Below are positions 23,976 to 32,897 of a stretch of 32,897 bases of DNA, in pieces. The translations under genes were made by a program, and so were the position numbers. The notes under the pieces were generated by a model. That model was not told the origin of the DNA. It was given only the letters and a program-made list of their open reading frames with translations, and made no database searches. The stretch's first letter is position 1. Every line of letters begins with the position of its first letter. The stretch lies in NCBI RefSeq assembly GCF_001194135.2, contig NC_068988.1:88084712-88117608 (forward strand). The letters run 5' to 3'. Source of the stretch: Octopus bimaculoides (lineage: Eukaryota).

Positions 23976-24699
23976 CAAACTCAAACGTGTAGGCATGTGT
24001 GTATGTGTGCGTGTGCATCTGTGTGTACTGGTTGTGTGTGTGTGTGTACTGGTTGTGTGTGAAATAACTTTTCATTTCCGCATCCTAGGGTTCAGTATCA
24101 ATAAGAAAACAAGACTGAAATTGAAGTATGGCGGTAACAAAAGGATTTTCCATTGCATTTCCTTATATATATGCATATATATATATATATATATATATAN
24201 NNNNNNNNNNNNNNNNNNNNNNNNNNNNNNNNNNNNNNNNNNNNNNNNNNNNNNNNNNNNNNNNNNNNNNNNNNNNNNNNNNNNNNNNNNNNNNNNNNNN
24301 NNNNNNNNNNNNNNNNNNNNNNNNNNNNNNNNNNNNNNNNNNNNNNNNNNNNNNNNNNNNNNNNNNNNNNNNNNNNNNNNNNNNNNNNNNNNNNNNNNNN
24401 NNNNNNNNNNNNNNNNNNNNNNNNNNNNNNNNNNNNNNNNNNNNNNNNNNNNNNNNNNNNNNNNNNNNNNNNNNNNNNNNNNNNNNNNNNNNNNNNNNNN
24501 NNNNNNNNNNNNNNNNNNNNNNNNNNNNNNNNNNNNNNNNNNNNNNNNNNNNNNNNNNNNNNNNNNNNNNNNNNNNNNNNNNNNNNNNNNNNNCATACAT
24601 GCACACGCACACACACACACATATATGTATGTATACTGCCTCTGTCGCTACTAATTAATTTCTAAGTGGACTGCCGGCTATATGCGATATCAGCGTCAG

Positions 24700-25321
24700 A
24701 AAAAGTGCTGATATTCTATATACCGTAAGGGTCCTTGAACGCTTTTATCACAGATGTCTCAGACACATTCTCAATGTTGGCTAGACCTAAACAATTCAAA
24801 ACACACAGGTCCTGAGGACAGCTGATATCTTGAGTATTGAGGCAATGGTGCACAAGCACCGGTTACGTTGGACTGGACACCTTATTAGAATGAAGGATAG
24901 CAGGATTCCTAAGCAGATTTGGAGAACTTGTGAATGGAAGGAGATTCCGGCAGAAACCAAGGCTGCGCTTTAAGGACTGTATCAAGTCCCCATTAAAGGC
25001 CTGTGAAATGCAGGAGACTGACTGGGAGAACAATGCCTGTCATCTCCACGGATGGAGAAAACAGGTTAAGGAGGGGATCGACACTTTTGAGAGAGCACGT
25101 ATCCAGCGTGAAGAACTTAAGCGAGCTGCGCGAAAGCGCACGGCTCGTATAGTGAATGGGGAAAGCTTAATCTGCAATGTTTGCAGTCGTGTATGCTTGT
25201 CAAGAGCAGGGCTCATTAGCCACCAACAGAGCCGTAAATGCAAAATGTAAGTTAGTCCTAGAGCGCACAATGTTCCTGAAGGTCGGCAATGGTCTTCCTC
25301 GGTCACGAGTGGACGGCCATC
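24700..25321 (+). mobile_element. RTE-clade (BovB-like) LINE 3' fragment with C-terminal zinc finger and (ATGT)n tail
   Basis: LERFYHRCLRHIL..SIEAMVHKHRLRWTGHLIRMKDSRIPKQI / GRRFRQKPRLRFKDCIK..CNVCSRVCLSRAGLISHQ (ORF 24930..25250); short UTR ending GGCCATC, then (ATGT)n. Confidence 0.9.
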
Positions 25322-25907
25322 ATGTATGTATGTATGTATGTATGTATGTATGTATGTATGTATTTATGTATGGATGGATGGATGGATAGATGTATGAACG
25401 TGTTGTGTGTATCGTCAGTAAATGATAAATCAGAAAGAGAAGCACATTTTAATTTATAGAGCAGCAGAGTAATTAGATAAAGGTAATTATGACCAGTCTT
25501 TGGGGTTACCCAGGGTTCACGTCCATAATGCACTTAGCTTTACAGCATCTCTTCGGACCCTGATGGCCGGTTGCCTATAACTTCTCTTCAAAATGAAGGA
25601 GGAAAAGACCTCGTGGCTGGTTGTTGAATACACGGATAAAGGAGAAGAATTAAGCGCAAGGAGTTATCTCTCATATATGTGTATATATGTATATATATTA
25701 TTGACGTGATAAAAATTTATATAATTTGACAGAACATGAAACAATTCTTTGGAACAGTGGATCTCGAAGCAGATGAAACTGTAAATAATGGCGTGTAAAC
25801 ATTAAAGAAAAAAAAAAGGGCAGCTGTCGATGTTTTTCTTTGCAAAAGACTTATTTATCGGTAAGTCTCCTTCGAGATCCACTGTCATAAAATTAAAGTT
25901 ACATATA

Positions 25908-26290
25908 GGCGCAGGCGTGATTGTATGGTGAAAAGCTTACTTCCCAACCCCAGGGTTTCGGGTTCACTCCCACTGCGTAGCACCTTGGGCAAGTATCTTC
26001 TGCTATAGCCTCGGTTCGACCAAAGCTTTGTGACGGAAACTGAAAGAAGCCTGTCGTGTATATGTATGTGTGTGTGTGTGTGTGTGTGTGTTTGTAAGTT
26101 CGTCTCTGTAATTGTCCTCTCCAACGGATGTTGGTGTGCTGACATCCTCATCACTTAGCAATTCGGCAAGAGAGAGGCCGATAGAATAATTACTAGTCCA
26201 GGGGTGGATTTCTTCGACTAAAACCCTTTAAGGCGGTGCTTCAGCATGACCGCTCTCAAATGACTGAAACATGTAAAAGAAGAAAAGAAT
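25908..26290 (+). mobile_element. SINE family A (tRNA-like head, CORE-like segment, internal TG microsatellite)
   Basis: GGCGCAGG head, B-box GGTTCACTCCC, CACCTTGGGCAAGT CORE-like motif, GACGGAAACTGAAAGAAGCC, (TG)n, 3' ..CAGCATG..AAATGACTGAAAC..AAAAGA; collinear with 27719-28176. Confidence 0.85.
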
Positions 26291-26879
26291 ATATAAATTA
26301 CATAGTGAGACATAAGGTCGCGGCTACGATTATATATTGCCTGTCATCTTGGGCGCTTGCTATTTTGTTTAGCCTTATGTTGGCCTATACATTGTGACGA
26401 AAATCGGTAAACGCAGGAGAAAATTGAGCAGTGGAATATTCAGAGGTATAATCGTGTTAGACATTGTATCACGCTGATTTTGCTCGAGAATTAATTTAAG
26501 AGTACATGTGTTTGTGGAATTGATCAACTGCTTTATCCGTTAATTCAGTTGAGCGAACAACAACACTCAACTACGCAAAACGGAGATCTACCACTATATA
26601 TATATATATATATANNNNNNNNNNNNNNNNNNNNNNNNNNNNNNNNNNNNNNNNNNNNNNNNNNNNNNNNNNNNNNNNNNNNNNNNNNNNNNNNNNNNNN
26701 NNNNNNNNNNNNNNNNNNNNNNNNNNNNNTATATACATATACATATACTTATATACATATGCACCTATGTCTCTTTTTATCTATTTATCTATACATTTAC
26801 ATGCATATACATATTTATATATATATATATATATACATGCACACACATATACTTATATATGTAATTGTATATAAATGCA

Positions 26880-26915
<36 letters not shown>

Positions 26916-27139
26916 TTCCATGCTGCTGAAGACAGGATTATACATGGATGAGTATGCCAAAGGTGAGTGAGTAAACATCGATATTTTGTCCTCCTAAATA
27001 GTCCTGCATTTAGATAACAGTTATGATTTTGCCCCAGTTCAACCGTGACTAAATAGATTTATTTCCACAGCTGTAATCATACCATTGTTTAGCAAGGTGC
27101 ATATTGTCAGTGATGCATTTGTTGTTGAATTAAGAGAGA

Positions 27140-27290
27140 CGTTAAAGCAATGGACAAATTCTCGCTGTATTTAATCCGGTACTCTGCTCCTCGAGTCCAT
27201 ATTCTACCGAGGTAAACTTTATCGTTTATTTTTCTTGAGGTTGATAAAATGAAGCACAAGTCCCAGACGGTGGTTTGGCAAATTATTATT
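27140..27290 (+). mobile_element. Old, degenerate family B SINE
   Basis: GAGTCCATATTCTACCGAGGTAAACTTT..GAGGTTGATAAAATGAAGCAC aligns to the family B middle; ends in ATTATTATT. Confidence 0.5.
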
Positions 27291-27600
27291 ATGACATAAG
27301 ACGGTATATATGCCTTGTAATAATTGTTCCCTGTGTTTGAGTCAAGCGTACTTGACCAAAGCATACTTGAAACCAAAGCGAGCTTGACCCAATCCCTCAA
27401 CCTGTTTGACTCCATCACCAGGTTCTTGAATCCTTGTAGTGGTAGCCACTTTGTCACAAGCGTTCAGGATAGGTCACTGGTCTGAGGACAACTTCCTCCT
27501 GCCTCTTCCCTCCTCTACCTGTCTTGGAGGTTCTGAAGGGTTGTGGGAAATACCCTTCTCTCCCTGACTAAACACTAACATCCTCCCGGTAACTATCACG
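27290..27600 (-). mobile_element. Possible degenerate non-coding interspersed repeat with AAT-derived flanks
   Basis: Minus-strand GTTACCGGGAGGATGTTAGTG..GGGAGAGAAGG..TCAGACCAGT..TGATGGAGTCAAACAGGTT..AAGTATGCTTTG resembles an octopus repeat I recall. It is single-copy here, so it cannot be verified within the window. Confidence 0.4.
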
Positions 27601-27718
27601 ACGATTATTACGGGCATATTCAATGCAGAACTACATTGTCGGATAGATACTTCATTTTTTTCTTTAAAGAGAACAGAATGAAAATGGAAGGACATTTTGC
27701 TACTATATCTAAGATATA

Positions 27719-27881
27719 GGCGCAGGCTTGGCTGTGTTGTAAGAAGCTTGCTTTCCGACCACATCGTTCTAGGTTCAGTCGCATTGAATGGCACGTTGGA
27801 CAAGTGTCTTCTACCATAGCTTCGGGCCGACCAGTGCCTTGTGAGTGGATTTGGTAGACGGAAACAGAAAAAATCCAGTCG

Positions 27882-27921
<40 letters not shown>

Positions 27922-28176
27922 CGTGCGTGCGTGTGTGTGTACGTGCGTGTGTGTATGTGTGTGTTTGACCTTCACCACCGCTTGACATCCGGTGATGACT
28001 TGTTACATCCTCGTAACATAGCGGTTCGCCGATCGAGACCGACAGAATAAGTACCAGACTTAAAAAAAACAAAAGAAAATGTACAGGGTTGATTTGTGCG
28101 ACTAAAAATACTTCATGGAGATGCCCCAGCATGGTCGCAGTCTAATGATTGAAACAAGTAAAAGAACAAAAGAATA
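27719..28176 (+). mobile_element. SINE family A, full-length copy
   Basis: Same architecture as 25908-26290: GGCGCAGG head, GGTTCAGTC B-box, GGACAAGTGTCTT, internal (TG)n, 3' CCCCAGCATGGTCGCAGTC..GAAACAAGTAAAAGA. Confidence 0.85.
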
Positions 28177-28411
28177 GCCACCAATCCCGTCAAGTCTTTC
28201 GTTCATTGGCTTCTACATCAAAAGTTTAATTATATAAGTCTAATAAAGATTATCCTGATTACCAATCACGCTTGTTTGGGTTTAATTCGTTAATGCAATC
28301 TTCCTAATCTCGTAATTAGTATTTGTTTATTTACTTTATCTTACGACAGAGGGCAGTGCAGTAGCTGAAAAATTTCTGTAATTTACAGTGTTCAGTTATG
28401 TTCCTCCATAA

Positions 28412-28560
28412 CAGGCATGGGTAACCAGGATTTTGAGAACCAGGCCGCTTGGGACCTGGTTCATTATCAAGCAAGCAGCATGACTAATATAATTCAAGTT
28501 AAATTATTATCCGTAATTATTATTCAGAAAGTTATGCGGGCCGCAGTTTGACCATGACTG
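28412..28560. mobile_element. Possible small hAT-type MITE remnant
   Basis: The ends CAGGCATGGGTAAC and GCGGGCCGCAGTTTGACCATGACTG form imperfect inverted repeats of a hAT-MITE style. No 8-bp TSD is visible. Confidence 0.4.
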
Positions 28561-29599
28561 TAGACCTTCTCAGTTCAAATCAAATTAGGAAAGTTTTTCT
28601 TTCATTCCTCTCTATCAAAGGAGAATTGCTTAATTTTTTTAAAAATATTTACGGGAGTAAATTACTGGTATTTATCTTAGCGACAATATCAGATCGAAAT
28701 TTAAATATCATCGACGGTTGGAATTGAATTCAGATCGTAATCATTCATGCTGACACTACAAATGGCACCAACACCGTGGCTAAGAACCAGAGCATTACCA
28801 GCGCCCCAACAACATCACCAGTGTCACCACAACCACAAATATATACTGTATACGTACATACATGCATGCATACATACATATATACATACATACACTGAGT
28901 ACGCATGAATACATACATGTATATACACACAGATACGCGCGCACGTACACTCGAACACACACATATATAGATTAGTTATAGGATTCATTTGAATCTAGGT
29001 ACATTAGCACGTAGGACGCTCTATGAATGTATCAAAGAAATCTTCCTGAAACAGCTGTCGTAAAATTTAAGCCCCGTATGCATTAATTCATATATATATA
29101 NNNNNNNNNNNNNNNNNNNNNNNNNNNNNNNNNNNNNNNNNNNNNNNNNNNNNNNNNNNNNNNNNNNNNNNNNNNNNNNNNNNNNNNNNNNNCATGAGTG
29201 CAAAGAGACTATAGGAGAAAACTAATAAAGCAATGATAGATAAATAGTTTTCCCCAAAAAGAAAAGACACAGTTCATCTTTTGTTAAACGTCCTGATGTA
29301 TTCCATAAAGAACATTAAAACAAAAAAACAACACATAGACAATATAAAATGCTGCTTACGCCTTCTCTGTACATCATTCCTTCCAATATCCATTTTGGTA
29401 ATAATCCAGGGATCATACTTTCTGAAAACATTTTGGTATTTTAATATTTTGGTATAAACACGTATTTGTAGCAATTTGATGTAACCTGCTTATTGGTGGT
29501 TTTCGTTAATTTTATTTAAATTTTGGGGCTGTGGTTTCGTATTTGCTGTAAGATTAGTTCTGGTAAAATTTTAACAGTTCTTGCTTGGACTGTAGAGGT

Positions 29600-29890
29600 G
29601 TTTTATGAACGTTATAACAGTATTTTAATGATGGTGCTAACCAGAGCTTTAACAATATTTAAAAGTTTTAATGGTATTTTTGTTGGCGATTTAGTAGTAT
29701 TTTGCTAACGTTTCGACGATGATTTTACCCACGTTTTAACAATATTTTGATAACGTTTAAACGCTGTTTTACCAGTGATTAAGCAGTATTATCGTAATGT
29801 TTTAACGGAGTTTTGCGGGTAGTTTAACAATATTTTTTGGTTGTATTTTAACAGTGTTTTCGCCAGCGTTTTAAGGGTGTTTCAGAAATG
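29600..29890. repeat. Degenerate 11-bp minisatellite, consensus about RTTTTAACRRT
   Basis: Consecutive units gttttaacaat/attttgataac/gtttaaacgct/gttttaccagt/gattaagcagt/attatcgtaat/gttttaacgga (29733-29809); a weaker signal extends back to about 29430. Confidence 0.75.
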
Positions 29891-30529
29891 TCAACGAAAT
29901 ATTTTCACCACTGATTCTCCTCATATGCTCAAGGCCTGTCAAAATACTAACATACTTTTTAGTCGAACGCTTGTTAGACTTATGTGTGTGTGTGTATGTA
30001 TGTATGTATATATATGTGTGAATGTGTGTGTTTGCGTGCGCGTGCACACGTGTTTATATTTTCAATTTGCTTAGATGTTGTTTATGACTGTTTTAAAAGT
30101 GCTGAGTTTAAGAATCAATAAAAGCCAAACAAAACAACAGTACGCAATAACAGTGATGACACCAACAAAAATGGGTGTGTCTGTTTTTATACTCTATGAA
30201 GTACAAATATATAACTCCCTCTGATTCATATTCTATCGCCAGCGCTCTGTTTTATACTAAACAACGTCCACGTAGTTACAAATATGGAGATACGATTCAA
30301 TATTTGCTAATAAACACCGTATAAAACTACGTCGCACATAGCTGCAAATAGATGTCCTCAATTAGATAAGAGGTATGGTTAATAAATATATTTACCATGT
30401 GGTACCTTTCCTGAAGTTGTATAATGCTAGCATGCTGTAGATATAATTATACTGATGTAATGTGAACGTCCGGGGAAGATATACAGTTCAGTCTGCGATA
30501 ACATAGAGTGTTAGACTCCACTTTACTGT

Positions 30530-31170
30530 ATATAGGTCATTTGTTAGTATGTACCACGTAGTTGGCACAGGCCTTCTAACTGTAAATGCGTAGGTACAAA
30601 CGAACTAGGTGGAAGTAGATATAATGTGAATGATACAATGTACCTAACAAATAATAAGTATCATGTAGTGGTACAGTTAATCTAAAGATAAATATGCATT
30701 ATATTGAAACAGAGAGTCCCACTAGCTGTAAATAGATAGCGGTTAGTGGTAAATGTAATGTCTGTGAGTAAATTTGTTGAGATATATTCCACTTAAATAT
30801 ATCTATATCTATATTCATTACGTTGAAGCAGAGAGACAGTCTAGCTTTATATAAGTATTATAAGTATCCACTTATCTGCAGATAGGTACCATTTGAAGGT
30901 ATAGTCTTTCAGCTGTATATAAGTATCCGGTGAAGGTACAGTCCATTTAGTTGCAAATTGGTACCATGGGGAGGTACACTTCGTCTAGCTGTAACAAGAG
31001 GAGCTACATATGATACTGTCCTTCAAGCTGTACGAGTAAATGTCATGGCAAACCAATAGCCAAGTTGGTCGTAAATAGGTATCATGGGGTGGTGGAGTCT
31101 TCTCAGTTATAAAGTAGAAATGTAAAGTAGAGTTCCTTCACTTACGTGGAAATAGGCAGCCTGGGGGAGG
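30530..31170. repeat. Degenerate minisatellite of about 38 bp, consensus about AGCTGTAAATAGGTACCATGGGGAAGGTACAGTCCTTCT
   Basis: Unit starts at 30874, 30911, 30949, 30987 and 31026 (spacing 37-39); weaker units lie on both sides. Confidence 0.75.
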
Positions 31171-32897
31171 CGGTGTTGCTGTTTGGTGGGTGAAGGCAGC
31201 GGGATTTTGAGGCGTTTAGACTGTAACAGTAATCACCGGGATCACTGTGCAACTGGCGAGTGTTGCGTTTAAATGCGTTATGTACAACTCGAAGAAAGAT
31301 GTGTGATACTTCGTCATCCGTCTTCGGAAATCAACGGAACTGGTAATTGACCTCTGCTGAAACATCGATCGATAAAAGCATCTGTTTTTTCAAAAGTTAA
31401 GCTATTAAAAAGCAAATGTTTGTGTTTGAATGTGTATGTATATAGTGGTACGCTATATAATATATGTGTGCGTCTGTCTGTCTGTTTATAATATATATAA
31501 ACAAGACTGGAGATTGTATTCCTAAAATATTTAGTTACGTCACCTACAAGTATATATGTTTATATATGTGTGTATGTGTATGTGTGTCTGTATGTGTGTC
31601 TGTATTTGTGTGTGTGCGTGTGTGCGTGTATATGTCTAAGTGTGTTTCTTATTTTTCTCTGCTCAATTACACTTTGTAACTTATATATTTGCAAGGACTA
31701 AAACAGCAAAAAGAACAAGACAAATGATTGTATATCTCCCACTTCACACGTTCAATTAATTGTTTTTGAATTCCTCAAGCTTTTCCTTCTTCTTAAGACT
31801 AGTTTTCTTTAGCTTTCTCCTCCCTCTTTTCTTCTTCCCCTCCTCCTCTTTCTATTTCTTCTTATTCTCCTTCGTCCTTCCAAATGAAGAACCGACGAAC
31901 ATGTTCCCATATTTCGCAATTTGTCAGCCATTAGGCAGGAAGCATTGACAAGACATATTCTGAGCAAATACGGTAAAATCAACAACACAAACAACAGCAA
32001 CAACAATAATAATATTAGCACCAAAGTCTGCCTTGATAACTAAATGCAACAAACAAGATGGCGGTTATTTAAAGGTTAAGATACGGAGTTCAATCCTGAC
32101 CGTCTCTCTTTTCCATTTCTTTGATATATATTTTGAAAGTAGGGTTGAGAACTTTGAAAATTCCAGTAACAATAAAAATAAGTATGTATGATAAAATAAA
32201 GTAAATAAAAGCAATGGCAATGGTATTAATACAAGCATAAAGGGTTCGATTCCTTCCGTGTCTTTTCAAGCTTCGGAACAATTAAAAAAAAAACGAAAAA
32301 AAATATATATATAAATCAAGAAGCAATCACAAACAGAATAATAAAAATGTAAATAATTCCTATTATTGGTTTTGTCCTTCTTCTTGTCGTTATTGTTTAA
32401 TTCGAGACTATTCTTGATTCAGCTGACTCATTAATAAACATATTCCAACGTTGTCCAAGAATAAAAGTTTCCAATATGTCCTTCTTTTCTAAAAAGATGG
32501 AAAGATTCCAATGATTTTTAGAGAGACTAGGGTGCTATATCAAGCTAGTAGATGTACCACACAGAAACAATTTCTGGTTGTGCTTCATAGTGGTGTTGTT
32601 CTTACGGCGCTGTTTTCTGTACGTTGTTGGCGATCTGGATTGTATATGTTTCTCCCCATCTCATTATAGTATGTGTATATAAGCGTAAGTACGCGCGGCC
32701 GAGGTTAAGCGGGTAGATATCTATCCATATGAGAATACATGTACATATACGTGGGTTGTGCGTGAGTGTGTGTGTGCGTTCGAAGTAAGTGTGAATGTGT
32801 TTGTATTTAGATGCTTCTTTCTGTTTGGGTGTATATTAATTTATTTGTCGAAACGAGACAGCAATCTGATAACCTTGCGCGGATTTCCATAGATTAT

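Noticed and set aside
25908-25985. tRNA-like A/B boxes here and at 21304, 22023 and 27719
   Set aside because: These are SINE heads that continue into SINE bodies, with no complete cloverleaf, so they are not tRNA genes.
28745-28850. Thr/Pro/Ser-rich mucin-like reading
   Set aside because: Decayed ACC/AAC low-complexity sequence with no splice signals.
31928-31972. 45-nt plus-strand candidate exon IRQEALTRHILSKY
   Set aside because: The donor (G/GTAAAA) is weak and there is no recognisable homology; such matches are expected by chance in 33 kb.

Overview
AT-rich animal genomic DNA, most likely Octopus or another coleoid cephalopod. That assignment is an inference from repeat families I recognise from memory, not a database result. 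The window has 11 assembly gaps, almost all flanked by microsatellites. No host protein-coding gene, rRNA, tRNA gene or CRISPR array is supported, and nearly all long ORFs in the track are microsatellite or N-run artefacts. The window is mostly mobile-element debris: a decayed Penelope-like element with RT and C-terminal GIY-YIG (2300-4340); a decayed R4/Dong-clade LINE (11400-13120, with a detached 3' end at 14082-14220) split by a fold-back insertion; three RTE-clade LINE 3' fragments; two tRNA-head SINE families (about 15 copies or fragments); and a non-coding element of about 530 bp in three copies. It also holds 11-bp and 38-bp degenerate minisatellites, hammerhead-ribozyme-like motifs and a few weak candidate exons. 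The most notable pattern is that several unrelated elements sit stacked inside (AAT)n/(ATT)n tracts with a fixed polarity per family, beside a LINE clade known to target (TAA)n. All protein motifs were hand-translated and all coordinates are approximate.
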